Assembly: GCA_048938025.1 (NCBI GenBank)
Contig: JBHLMP010000010.1
Coordinates: forward strand, 22,728 to 86,727
Origin: Promethearchaeota archaeon
GTDB taxonomy: Archaea; Asgardarchaeota; Lokiarchaeia; Sigyniarchaeales; SOKP01
Direction of reading: 5' to 3'
Length of the DNA: 64,000 bases
In this document: positions 1-9,905 of the stretch, in pieces
Position numbering within the stretch: the first letter of the stretch is position 1
Layout of the letters: each line of letters starts with the position of its first letter
Position numbers and translations under genes: made by a program
The notes under the pieces: model-generated
Databases searched by the model: none
What the model was told of the DNA's origin: nothing
The model's input: only the letters and a program-made list of their open reading frames with translations

Positions 1-206
1 ATTCCGATAATTGTTATATATGACAGAGATAATATTAAATAACCCCATAAGTCTTGAGAAATTAATCTAGCTAACATAAATGAAGTAACTAATGAAAAAA
101 TGTAAGAGCCATAATTATTTAAATAGGAATAAAAAGTATTTTTAAAAAGAATTTTATGTTCTTGAGTAACTGCAGGTTTTTTACTGTTGTTCACAATATT
201 ATCCAT
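1..206 (-). CDS. Wzx/MOP-family polysaccharide flippase, N-terminal part (runs off window edge; not in ORF track)
   Basis: Manual translation from ATG at 206: MDNIVNNSKKPAVTQEHKILFKNTFYSYLNNYGSYIFSLVTSFMLARLISQDLWGYLILSLSYITIIG. The 'KNT..S....FSLVTSFMLARLI...WG' pattern is typical of flippase N-termini. Adjacent to glycosyltransferases. Confidence 0.75.
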   Translation of the reverse strand, partial: MDNIVNNSKKPAVTQEHKILFKNTFYSYLNNYGSYIFSLVTSFMLARLISQDLWGYLILSLSYITIIG

Positions 207-476
207 TTTTTTATAAGTTTAAAAAATTTAACCATTCACGCAATAAACAATTGCTCAAATCTCCAATATTATATAGAATCTATATTAAGTTAATTTTTAA
301 TTTTTGTTTTTAGTTTTGTCTTATTTGTAATATTTTGAAATAAATTTAGTAAAAACTTTATATAAGAAGAATTAACTGGAAAATTGCCAAATTTTCAATT
401 AGTTTTAAGTAATTTGAATTTTTAATATCATGCAAATAATGAAATATTTTATTTACTATCATTTTTCAAAAACAAA

Positions 477-1727
477 ATGACTTTAAAATTTCTTTTTATT
501 GTTGATTCCTTCCCTCCATTAAATAATCAGAGTAGTCTTCGAGCATTAGAAATATCAAAACGATTATCTAAAGAAAGTAAGCGTCCATTAATTTTAACAA
601 GGAGAGTACAAAAAAGGCAGCCTAAAGATTATTCATTACTTAAACTGATTCCTAAAGAAATAGAAATTTATAAAACTCCAATAATAGAATTAAAGAAAAG
701 ATACAGCTTAAAGACACTTTTTTTTAAAATTATGGCTAAAATTCTAAATATATATTATTTTATTCATTGGATTCCATTTGGTTATTTCACTGGTAAGAAA
801 CTTTTAAAGATAAAAAAAGATATCAAGTTTATCTATTCAACTGGTCCAATTTTTTACTCTCATATTATAGCTTATCTTTTAAAAAAGAAATTTAATATTC
901 CTTTAATAATAGAATATAGAGATCCATGGAATTTTAGTCCATATGGTACCAGTAGTAAAATAAATTTTTTAAATAATCTAATTTATTCAAAAATAGAAAA
1001 AAGAACAATCAATTCAGCAGATATAATAATAACCGTTAGTGATCCTTTAATATTATTTTTGAAGAGAGTATTTCCTCACATTAAAGATAAACCCATATAT
1101 TCGATACCCAACGGTTTAAATTTAAAACCAATATCTAAACCAATTAAAAGTAATAAAGAGAAAATAATATTTACTTTCATTGGTCAATTATACGGAAAAA
1201 GAAATATATTTCCATTATTAATAATCCTATCAATATTAAAAAACAATGACTTCTTCAAAGAAAGAAAGTTTTTATTAAAAATATATGGTAATTATGACAA
1301 GAATCTAATTAAGAAGAAGTTAAAAGAGTTTCAAATCCAAGATTATGTATTTCTTGGTGAATTTCTCACTCGAGAAAGGATATTTGAAGAAATAAATAAA
1401 TGTAATTTAGCTTTGCATATTGGTGAAAATTTAAATTACCCAACAATTGGTTTTAAAGTATGGGATTATTTGAGCGCTCGAAAAAAAATATTGTATTTGG
1501 GGCGTGAAGATTCTTACACTGCAAATTTTATAAAAAAAAATAATTTTGGATGTACAATACCAATAAATAACATGCAAAAAGGTATTGAAATTTTTAAAAA
1601 TTTGGTAATAGAAATTGAAAAAAATAAGTTTGATACCATAATTGATGAAAAATTTTTAAAAAAATTTTCTTGGGATAATAAAGCCAAAAAATTTATGGAG
1701 ATAATCAAAAATAATAATCTTATTTAA
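477..1727 (+). CDS. GT4-like (GT-B) glycosyltransferase
   Basis: N-terminal 'FLFIVDSFPP', 'EYRDPW', 'ADIIITVSD', 'IPNG', C-terminal 'KVWDYL' and 'FSWDNKA'. Confidence 0.85.
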   Translation: MTLKFLFIVDSFPPLNNQSSLRALEISKRLSKESKRPLILTRRVQKRQPKDYSLLKLIPKEIEIYKTPIIELKKRYSLKTLFFKIMAKILNIYYFIHWIPFGYFTGKKLLKIKKDIKFIYSTGPIFYSHIIAYLLKKKFNIPLIIEYRDPWNFSPYGTSSKINFLNNLIYSKIEKRTINSADIIITVSDPLILFLKRVFPHIKDKPIYSIPNGLNLKPISKPIKSNKEKIIFTFIGQLYGKRNIFPLLIILSILKNNDFFKERKFLLKIYGNYDKNLIKKKLKEFQIQDYVFLGEFLTRERIFEEINKCNLALHIGENLNYPTIGFKVWDYLSARKKILYLGREDSYTANFIKKNNFGCTIPINNMQKGIEIFKNLVIEIEKNKFDTIIDEKFLKKFSWDNKAKKFMEIIKNNNLI

Positions 1728-1930
1728 TTTAATAACTTCATTTCTATAATTTTTCAAAAGTTTATTCTAATCATATGAAATGTAAGTATATTTTTAAAAA
1801 TATTTTTCAAAATTGCAGTAGATTTAATAATTATAATATTTAACTATTTCCAAAATAATAGAAAATATATAGATTATTAAATTTATTAAAAAATATAATC
1901 TCATATTATTTCATAACCTTTTTGATTTAA

Positions 1931-3181
1931 ATGAATATTTTCGATTCAATATTCAATGTTGTAAACGAAATATTGATATTTCTTAATAAAAAAGAATTTT
2001 TAATCATTTTAATGTTATCAATTATAAGCTATCATATTATTTTGTTTCTAATTAGGGACTTAAAATATTTAAAATCTGTAAAAACCAATCCAGACCCAGA
2101 TTCAATTAATATTGACGATTTAAAAGAGATTCCATTAATAAATATTATAATTCCCGCTTGGAATGAAGGAGATGAATTTGAAAAGTGTCTCTTTTCAGTT
2201 ACTAGCCTAGCTTATCCCAAAATAAAAGTCATTGTAAATGCAGGTGGGAATGAAAAGACAATTAAAATAGCAGATTCATTTAAAAAATACAATCATTTTG
2301 TAATTTTACGTCAGAAAGAAGTAAAAAGTAAAATTGGTAAAATTACTAATTTGGGAAAATTAAAGGCGATAAATAAATCATTAAAACATGTAACTGAAGG
2401 TGTTGTATTTTTCCTTGATGCGGATAGTTATATTACAGATGAGATAGTTTTAAGATTACTATTTCCTATAGTGAATTACAATGAGAAAGTATGTGTTGGA
2501 GCAGGAACAAGACCATTAATTTCTTTAGAAAATAATGATTTGGTAAGGTATCTACAAATTGTAAAAGAAGGATTTTTTAGGAAGATTTTTACAAGAGATA
2601 ATAAGAATTTGATTGGAGGTTCTAATACTTGTATATCATATGAAGTAATTAAATCAATTGGAAGATTTACTGAAGAAGGAATCATTGCAGAGGACATTTC
2701 TGCTGGACGGGATATTATTTCAAAAGGTTATAAAATTTATTCATTAACAAGTTATCAAAGCAGAATTTATACAGATTTTCCTAAATCAATCAGGGAGCTG
2801 ATAGAACAAAGAAAGAGATATATTCAAAACAGTTATATATATGCCAAAATAAAAAAGAGTAAAATTAAGTCTATTAAACTTATTGCATTAACATTAGTCT
2901 CAATATATTTTATAATTTCTCCATTATTTTTATTTGTTAATTATGGATTATTTTTTATTGGTGTATTCATAATTCTCTTCTTTTACCTTAGAATTATAAG
3001 AAGATACATTTTTTTTAAATTAATTATAGACAAACAATATTATAAAAAATTCCATAAATTGCTTTTTATAAAAATTTTTTATTATATTGTTATTGAACTC
3101 ATTATTAATGTTATTACATGTTTTAGTTTAATAACTATAAGAAAGAATTTAAAGGAATATTTAAAGACTAATAATGAATAA
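1931..3181 (+). CDS. GT2 membrane glycosyltransferase
   Basis: 'IIIPAWNEG', DxD 'FLDADS', 'AEDI', 'EQRKRY' (QxxRW-like), N- and C-terminal TM segments. Confidence 0.85.
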   Translation: MNIFDSIFNVVNEILIFLNKKEFLIILMLSIISYHIILFLIRDLKYLKSVKTNPDPDSINIDDLKEIPLINIIIPAWNEGDEFEKCLFSVTSLAYPKIKVIVNAGGNEKTIKIADSFKKYNHFVILRQKEVKSKIGKITNLGKLKAINKSLKHVTEGVVFFLDADSYITDEIVLRLLFPIVNYNEKVCVGAGTRPLISLENNDLVRYLQIVKEGFFRKIFTRDNKNLIGGSNTCISYEVIKSIGRFTEEGIIAEDISAGRDIISKGYKIYSLTSYQSRIYTDFPKSIRELIEQRKRYIQNSYIYAKIKKSKIKSIKLIALTLVSIYFIISPLFLFVNYGLFFIGVFIILFFYLRIIRRYIFFKLIIDKQYYKKFHKLLFIKIFYYIVIELIINVITCFSLITIRKNLKEYLKTNNE

Positions 3182-3445
3182 ATTTTGAGTAGGGAATAAT
3201 TTAAAACTATTTTAGAAATCTTTTCCGAGAGATAATCTATAATCATTTTATTTCTTGCGTGGTTAAAGAGACTAAGATATAAAGTATAAATTAGCAGAAT
3301 TGCAGATATAAATGTTATACAACATTTCGTATGAGAAACTGATTTGATTATGAATCATATCAATTATTTTATAAAAATTATTAAAAATTTCTCATCAATT
3401 AATCCTAATTTAAATGAAAAGATCTTAAACATATATTTTAAATGT

Positions 3446-4507
3446 TTAATTATTCTCTACAATATATTTTGCAAGTTTATAATATTTCTCAGAAGATTTC
3501 TTCCAAGAATATTTTTTTGCTAATTCTATTCCTTTTTTTATAATTTGGTTTTTTAAAGAATCATCATTACTACATTCTAAAATCAAGTTAGCTAAAGTTT
3601 TATAATCTTTTGGAGGGAAATACAGAGGGAAATTTTGATATATTTCTCTAAAGACAGGAATATCAGAACATATAACTGGTATACCACATGCAGCCGCTTC
3701 TAACCCTGGTAATCCAAAACCCTCATAAAGAGAAGGAAAAACAAAAAAATCACATAAATTGTATATTTCTATTAATCTCTTGTCGCTTATATTTGTAAGA
3801 TAAATTACATCATTTTCTAATCCTAAATTCTTTATTAAATTTGGATAACTAGGAGTTCCCACTCTAATTAACTTAATTTTTTTTTCCTTTTTTTTAAGTA
3901 TATACAATGCCTTTAATAAGGTTAAAAAATCTTTTCTCCCTATTTCAGTTCCAACATGTAAAAGTTTCCTATATTCAGGATATAGGGGTGTTAAATCAGT
4001 AATTTTATTTTGAGGAATTGGCTTAAATATTTCACGATTTATTCCACATTTTATAACTGTTATTTTCTCTTCAGGCACACCTAGGAATTTAATTAATTCA
4101 TTTTTAGTAAAATCTGAAATTGTCATTATATAATTACATCTTTTCAAACCTGATATTAAATACTTCTGGATAATCCATGGTTTTCTTTTTCCAATAAATA
4201 TATAGATATCAGCACAGGTTATAATTGTTCTATTTCTATTTAAAAAATATCCCAGATCGCCAAGATGTTGAAAACTTATATTAAAAACCACATCATCCTT
4301 TATTCTTTTTGAATTAAAATAACTAGAAAGTGGATAAAGAATATATCTTTTTGATAAATAATCTAAAGGATTTTTAGGAGGATTATAATATTCATAAGTA
4401 AAATTTAAATCTTTTTTATCTTTCAGAGGTTTACTTAATTCAATATGTACTCTTAAAATACCGTTGATATAATTTAATTTTTGACCAATGAAAGTTTTAA
4501 TATCCAA
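3446..4507 (-). CDS. GT4 glycosyltransferase (mannosyltransferase-like)
   Basis: 'FVFPSLYEGFGLPGLEAAACGIPVICSDIP' and 'YSWKK' signatures. Confidence 0.9.
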   Translation of the reverse strand: MDIKTFIGQKLNYINGILRVHIELSKPLKDKKDLNFTYEYYNPPKNPLDYLSKRYILYPLSSYFNSKRIKDDVVFNISFQHLGDLGYFLNRNRTIITCADIYIFIGKRKPWIIQKYLISGLKRCNYIMTISDFTKNELIKFLGVPEEKITVIKCGINREIFKPIPQNKITDLTPLYPEYRKLLHVGTEIGRKDFLTLLKALYILKKKEKKIKLIRVGTPSYPNLIKNLGLENDVIYLTNISDKRLIEIYNLCDFFVFPSLYEGFGLPGLEAAACGIPVICSDIPVFREIYQNFPLYFPPKDYKTLANLILECSNDDSLKNQIIKKGIELAKKYSWKKSSEKYYKLAKYIVENN

Positions 4508-4629
4508 ATTTTCAAACCAATGAATTATATATAATGAAATTATCCTTTAATATTAGATTTTATTAAAAAGTGTGTAAGAAATTAATAATTAACTTAAAAA
4601 TTAATAATTAATTCAAAGTTAAATATATC

Positions 4630-5781
4630 ATGGAAGATCTTATACCTATTAAAAATGTTATAAAAGAAAATCCTAGAGTAAAAGAGCTTGAAAGTCAAGG
4701 TTTTATAATTAAGCCTGAAAACATCAAGGAATATCTAGATAATTTCAAAAATAGAGTATCTACTTTGCCTAATGAAAATTTTTGGAGAGAAAAGCGTGTA
4801 CTAATAACTGGAATTAGTGGATTTGCTGGTAGTTATTTAGCAGAACAATTATTAGATCTAGGCTGTGAGGTTCATGGCACAATTCGTAGACATGCAGTTC
4901 CGATGCATGAAAATATAGAGCACTTAAGAGGTAAAATTTATCTTCATGAAGCAGATATAACTAGTGCGGAGAGAATACTTGAGGTTTTTGAAAAAATCCA
5001 ACCTAACGCTGTTTTTCACCTTGCAGCAGAATCTTTTGTTCCAACATCCTTCAGGGAACCTGCAAGGGTATCTCATAATAATATAATTGGAACTATAAAA
5101 ATTTTTGAGGCAGCAAGGAGATTCGATACTGAATTAGAAAGTATTCAAGTTGCTTGTAGTAGTGAACAATATGGATTAGTAGATCCGAATGAAGTTCCTG
5201 TTACTGAAGATTTAAAAAAAAATCCTTTTCGTCCCAGAAGTGTATATGGAATAACTAAATGTGCAACTGAACAGATAGCATGGCTATACCATAGTGCGTA
5301 TGGAGTACCAAGCATTATCACGCGTGGTTTTAATCATGAAGGACCTAGACGTGGTATACAATTCTTAACAAGTGTAGTTCATAGGCAAATTGTAGAAAAT
5401 TTAAATAATTTGAGAAACAATATAGTTATTGGCAATCCCAATTCAATTCGAGATTATACTCATGTTAAAGATACTGTTAATGCTTACATTATAGTAAGTG
5501 AGAATAAGAAATTTGGTGAGCCATTTAATGTATGCTCAGGGAAAGGCATTACTATGGGCAATTATGCTAAAATAGCAAAAAAAGTCTTTAATGTTACGGC
5601 AGAGATCTTTATTGATCCAAAAAGAATGCGACCAAGTGAAGTGCCTTTATTAATAGGTAAAAATGATAAAATAGTAAAGGAAACCGGATGGCGACCTACA
5701 AGATCTATTATTGATATAATAAAAGAAGGTGTTCAATACTTTCAAAAACACCCAGAACAATTAGGAATTGAGGCTCATTAA
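4630..5781 (+). CDS. gmd: GDP-mannose 4,6-dehydratase / NDP-sugar epimerase-dehydratase
   Basis: 'VLITGISGFAGSYLAEQLL', 'FHLAAESFVPTSF', YxxxK 'YGITK', 'FNHEGPRRG', 'RPSEV'. Confidence 0.85.
   Translation: MEDLIPIKNVIKENPRVKELESQGFIIKPENIKEYLDNFKNRVSTLPNENFWREKRVLITGISGFAGSYLAEQLLDLGCEVHGTIRRHAVPMHENIEHLRGKIYLHEADITSAERILEVFEKIQPNAVFHLAAESFVPTSFREPARVSHNNIIGTIKIFEAARRFDTELESIQVACSSEQYGLVDPNEVPVTEDLKKNPFRPRSVYGITKCATEQIAWLYHSAYGVPSIITRGFNHEGPRRGIQFLTSVVHRQIVENLNNLRNNIVIGNPNSIRDYTHVKDTVNAYIIVSENKKFGEPFNVCSGKGITMGNYAKIAKKVFNVTAEIFIDPKRMRPSEVPLLIGKNDKIVKETGWRPTRSIIDIIKEGVQYFQKHPEQLGIEAH
5674..5781 (+). repeat. Copy 1 of a 108-bp diverged direct repeat (the current gmd 3' end)
   Basis: Manual alignment to 6972..7079: 94 of 108 nt identical, no indels. 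Confidence 0.95.
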
Positions 5782-5838
5782 ATCTCTTATTCAAATGATA
5801 TTTTGAATTCTCATTAATCTTTTCTAATTAGCATTAAT

Positions 5839-6873
5839 TTACCATGCTATCAAATATGTTTCAAAATAAGGATTATTTGGATTTAATTTTCTGAAAATAT
5901 ATTTGTAATTAATTTTTAATTCATCAATATATTGAATAATTTCAAAAAATTCTTCCCCATTATGATAAATAGCAATTAATAAAATAGGCTTAAATTTTTT
6001 AATCGTTCTATAGGCACCCTTAAGAGTCTTTAAACCAAATCCTTCCACATCTAAATGTATTAATCCAACATTTAAATTTTCATCGAAAACTAGTTTGTCA
6101 ATAGTTGTAATATTGATTTCTTCACCGTCTGTATCTGAAATATAAGAACATGAACCTTGAAAAATTACTTTTAAAGATACATCTTTTTCTCCTAATCCTT
6201 TTCTTATTGGAATAATTTTATTTAGATTATTCTTTTCTATTGTCTCTAACATTTGATTGTAATTTATTAATTCTGGCTCAAAGGCATATATTTTATGAGG
6301 ATTATAGAATTTTTCAAAAACTAAAGCAGAATCTCCTATATATGCTCCACCGTCGATAAAATCTTTATTTTCTATATTTTTAACAATCGGATTAGGAATA
6401 AATATTAACCCACATTTATAATAAAAAACAGATAAATCGAATTTATTTATTGGCAAATAAAAAGAATTTCTGTAATGTTTCATGATACTTTGTGTTTTAC
6501 GTTTAACTAAAATTTCTTGATATGTAAATAGTTTCTTCTTTATTAATATCTGATTAGTAGAAATATAATACATTCTTTTCAATACTTGATTAATAATTTC
6601 TATACTTTTTTTATCTAAATGCTTAAAATATTTATCAACATCAATATTATTCTTATTAATATAAACAGATACATTTTTAGCAAATAGCCCAAGAAAATAA
6701 AATTTATTGTAAAAAATGAATCTATATGAGAAGTAAAAGAGATGTGGGTTATAATAAACAATAAATGGATTAATTTTTGATCTAAAAAATTTTTCATAAA
6801 TTCTAAACAGAAAAATCTGATACATTTTCCTATAAAACTTATATACCCTTTTTAATAAAAATGGAAAAGACAA
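5839..6873 (-). CDS. FkbM-family methyltransferase
   Basis: 'FIDGGAYIGDS', 'IYAFEP', 'IHLDVEG', 'KPILLIAIYH'. Start codon uncertain. Confidence 0.9.
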   Translation of the reverse strand: MSFPFLLKRVYKFYRKMYQIFLFRIYEKFFRSKINPFIVYYNPHLFYFSYRFIFYNKFYFLGLFAKNVSVYINKNNIDVDKYFKHLDKKSIEIINQVLKRMYYISTNQILIKKKLFTYQEILVKRKTQSIMKHYRNSFYLPINKFDLSVFYYKCGLIFIPNPIVKNIENKDFIDGGAYIGDSALVFEKFYNPHKIYAFEPELINYNQMLETIEKNNLNKIIPIRKGLGEKDVSLKVIFQGSCSYISDTDGEEINITTIDKLVFDENLNVGLIHLDVEGFGLKTLKGAYRTIKKFKPILLIAIYHNGEEFFEIIQYIDELKINYKYIFRKLNPNNPYFETYLIAW

Positions 6874-6971
6874 CCTTTTTCAAATAATAACTTTTAGTAG
6901 AAATAATGTATGATAATACTAATTAAAATATAAAATTAAATATTTCCTTTTTACCATATATTTCTGTATAG

Positions 6972-7079
6972 GTTAAAGAAACTGGATGGAGACCTTTAAG
7001 ATCTATTATTGATATAATAAAAGAAGGCGTTCATTACTCTCAAGAACACCCAGAACAATTAGGGATTGAAGCACACTAA
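6972..7079 (+). pseudogene. Orphan 3' end of gmd (copy 2 of the repeat)
   Basis: Translates as VKETGWRPLRSIIDIIKEGVHYSQEHPEQLGIEAH*, versus the gmd C-terminus VKETGWRPTRSIIDIIKEGVQYFQKHPEQLGIEAH*. Confidence 0.9.
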
Positions 7080-7195
7080 ATAATATAAGTTTTATATGAG
7101 TTGAAATGAAATATTTTAAAGAAAATTAAAATATCCTCAATTATCTTCTTTTAGTAGTAAAACTTTTCTTAAGTAAATTTTTTAGATATAATAAT

Positions 7196-7600
7196 ATGAA
7201 AGAAAAGAAGAAAATTGTTCTAACATATGGGACTTATGACTTATTACATAGAGGACACATACTACTACTAAAAAGAGCAAAAGATTTAGGTGATTATCTT
7301 ATAGTGGGTTTATCAACAGATGAATTTAATGAAATGAAAAATAAAAAAGCAGTTTTTCCTTACGAAGAGAGAAAATTAATTCTTGAATCCATAAAATATG
7401 TAGATCAGGTAATTCCTGAAAAAACTTGGGAACAAAAAGTAGACGACGTTAAAAAATATAAGGTTGATATATTCGTTATAGGAGATGATTGGGAAGGGAA
7501 ATTCGACTTTCTTAAAGAATATTGTGAAGTTATTTATTTAGAAAGAACAAAAGAAATTTCAAGTACAAAGATCGAAAAAATTATTAGGGAAAATTGGTAA
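7196..7600 (+). CDS. tagD: Glycerol-3-phosphate cytidylyltransferase
   Basis: 'VLTYGTYDLLHRGH', 'LIVGLSTDEFN', 'GDDWEGKFDFLKEYCEVIYLERT..ISST'. Confidence 0.92.
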   Translation: MKEKKKIVLTYGTYDLLHRGHILLLKRAKDLGDYLIVGLSTDEFNEMKNKKAVFPYEERKLILESIKYVDQVIPEKTWEQKVDDVKKYKVDIFVIGDDWEGKFDFLKEYCEVIYLERTKEISSTKIEKIIRENW

Positions 7601-7657
7601 AATCTTTACTTTCATACCTTTAGATTAAAAAAATTTACAATCTTAAATGTCTCTTCG

Positions 7658-8899
7658 TTATTTTTGATTAAATTTTATATTTAGAAAATTTAGTATTCTT
7701 TCTATTGATTTTCCATCAATAAATTTATTAAATCTATTCCTCATTTCTAATCTTTTTTCTTTAAATTCATTATCAATTTTGTCTAAATTTCTAATTCCAT
7801 TTAATAAATCCTCAGCATTGTAAAAAATTGGACCAGGTGCAATATCTTCTAAATTATAATAAAAACCCCATGTTTTAGAGTAATTGTCAAGATCATAAGC
7901 ATATAAAAGAATAGGTCTATCTAACAATAAAAAATCAAAAATTACTGAAGAATAATCTGTAATAAGAATGTCTGTAAATAATAGCAATTCTTGAATATCC
8001 GCATCTTTATCGACTAATTTAATATTATGAAAATCTTCTAAATTAATTTCTTTCACAAATTTGTGAGCTTTTATAAGAAAAAGGGCATTTATTTCTTCAA
8101 GTAAATTTTTTAATTTCTTTAAATCTAAAGAAGTAAAAACAAAATTTAATTTTAAATCTGCTCTCCAAGTAGGACAATATAGAATAATTTTTTCAATATT
8201 GCTGGGAATTTGATATTTTTTCATTAAATTTGCAATAAATATTTTATTCTGGTTAAATAAGATATCATTCTTTGGATAACCTAAATCAAGTATCTTTTTA
8301 GGCAATATTTTAAATGATTTAACCAATATTTCATGTTCTTTTTCATTTCCAGTAGCAGTTAATAAATAGTCAATAAATTGATCAAATCTCAACTCTAATC
8401 GAAAAATATCCGCCCATTTGCTATAAATATATGAATTTTCTAAACCTTCATTTATTTTTTTAATAGGAGTTCCATGCCAAGTTAAAAAAATAGTTGTTTT
8501 TGGAGAAAATTTTACTGGTAGAATATCTTCTGCTCCGTGTGCAATAAAAATATATTTAGCTTTTCGTAAAAATTTAATTGTCATAAAATTAAAAAATGAA
8601 ACTACATAAAATCCCTTTTTTCTAATCACTCTTGATACTTCTCTTAATTTTGCAATCCAAACTAATTTATAATCCGAATTTTTATTCAAGTACTCAAACA
8701 AATATTTAGGATTGTCTAAAAAAGCAGCTCCATAATAAGCTCCCATAATAATTAATTTTTCATCAACTCTATCCTTCCATAATTTGGAAATGTTTTTTAT
8801 TAAAAATGGATAAATGATCTGTTTAAAAAAATCGTATAGCTTATATTTCTTAATAAAAGATATTCTTTGAATTAAATTAAAAATAAAATTACTTATCAT
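7658..8899 (-). CDS. CDP-glycerol glycerophosphotransferase family (TagB/TagF-like)
   Basis: 'DNPKYLFEYL', 'TWHGTPIKKI', 'GYPKND', 'ILYCPTWR', 'LITDYSSVIFDFLLLDRPI'. Confidence 0.9.
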   Translation of the reverse strand: MISNFIFNLIQRISFIKKYKLYDFFKQIIYPFLIKNISKLWKDRVDEKLIIMGAYYGAAFLDNPKYLFEYLNKNSDYKLVWIAKLREVSRVIRKKGFYVVSFFNFMTIKFLRKAKYIFIAHGAEDILPVKFSPKTTIFLTWHGTPIKKINEGLENSYIYSKWADIFRLELRFDQFIDYLLTATGNEKEHEILVKSFKILPKKILDLGYPKNDILFNQNKIFIANLMKKYQIPSNIEKIILYCPTWRADLKLNFVFTSLDLKKLKNLLEEINALFLIKAHKFVKEINLEDFHNIKLVDKDADIQELLLFTDILITDYSSVIFDFLLLDRPILLYAYDLDNYSKTWGFYYNLEDIAPGPIFYNAEDLLNGIRNLDKIDNEFKEKRLEMRNRFNKFIDGKSIERILNFLNIKFNQK

Positions 8900-9020
8900 A
8901 GATCAATTACTATTATCTTGAAATTAATTAGAAAAAATTATAACTAAAATAAAATTATTACTCTATTTTTCTTATCTCTCTTTAATTTATTTAGAAATAA
9001 ATAAAATGAAAAAAATATAA

Positions 9021-9749
9021 TTATAAATTTAGTTCTTTTTTCTGTATATCAATTAGTTGCATAATACCTTTCTGTCCTAACTCTAATACTTCATTTAATT
9101 TATCTTTGTTAAAAGTAGCTCTTTCTGCAGTACCTTGAATTTCTATAAATTCTAAATCTTCATTTAATACTAAGTTAAAATCAACATCTACCTTAGAATC
9201 TTCACTATAATTAAGATCTAGTATAACTTGATCATTTTTAATGCCTAATGAAATTGCTGCTGTAACTTTATAGTCCGGAAATTCATGAATTATCTGTTCA
9301 TTATACAGGTAATTTAATGCATCAAAAACAGCTATAAAAGCCCCAGTTATTGATGCACATCTCGTACCTCCATCTGCTTGTATAACATCACAGTCAATAT
9401 TGATTGTACGTTCTCCTAATTTTTCATAATTAAAAGCAGCACGCATACTCCGACCAATTAACCTTTGTATTTCGTGTGTTCTTCCTTTTATCCTCTGTCT
9501 ATCTCTTTCTCTTGAATTTCGTACTTGTGTTGCTCTTGGTAGCATATTATATTCTGCTGTTATCCATCCTGTTCCAGTATCAGCTAAAAATCGTGGAACA
9601 TAATCCACAACTGAAGCTGTAATAATTATTTTCGTTGCACCTTGAGTAATCAAAACAGACCCTTCTGGGTACTTAAGATAATTCCGTTCTATTGTTGTTT
9701 TTCTTATCTCGTCAAATTTTCGTCCGTCAAACCTTACTTTTCCAAGCAT
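9021..9749 (-). CDS. rph: Ribonuclease PH, bacterial type
   Basis: 'GWITAEYNMLPRAT', 'GRTHEIQRLIGRSMRA', 'IDCDVIQADGGTRCASITGAF', 'EIQGTAE'. Confidence 0.93.
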   Translation of the reverse strand: MLGKVRFDGRKFDEIRKTTIERNYLKYPEGSVLITQGATKIIITASVVDYVPRFLADTGTGWITAEYNMLPRATQVRNSRERDRQRIKGRTHEIQRLIGRSMRAAFNYEKLGERTINIDCDVIQADGGTRCASITGAFIAVFDALNYLYNEQIIHEFPDYKVTAAISLGIKNDQVILDLNYSEDSKVDVDFNLVLNEDLEFIEIQGTAERATFNKDKLNEVLELGQKGIMQLIDIQKKELNL

Positions 9750-9905
9750 ATGAACCGAACCAGATTTTTCTCAAAAGAATTTTCTGTTAAATCTAAATAG
9801 TGTAAATTATTTTTTATACATTATTTAAAATAAGTATTATTAATATATTTTAGGAATGTGAAAATAACATAGTATAAAGCATATAAAAATTTTTAAAATA
9901 CGCTT

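Noticed and set aside
5674-7079. The gmd 3' repeat as a DGR template/variable repeat pair or an IS target duplication
   Set aside because: Mismatches are mostly synonymous and not adenine-specific, and no reverse transcriptase or transposase is in the window.
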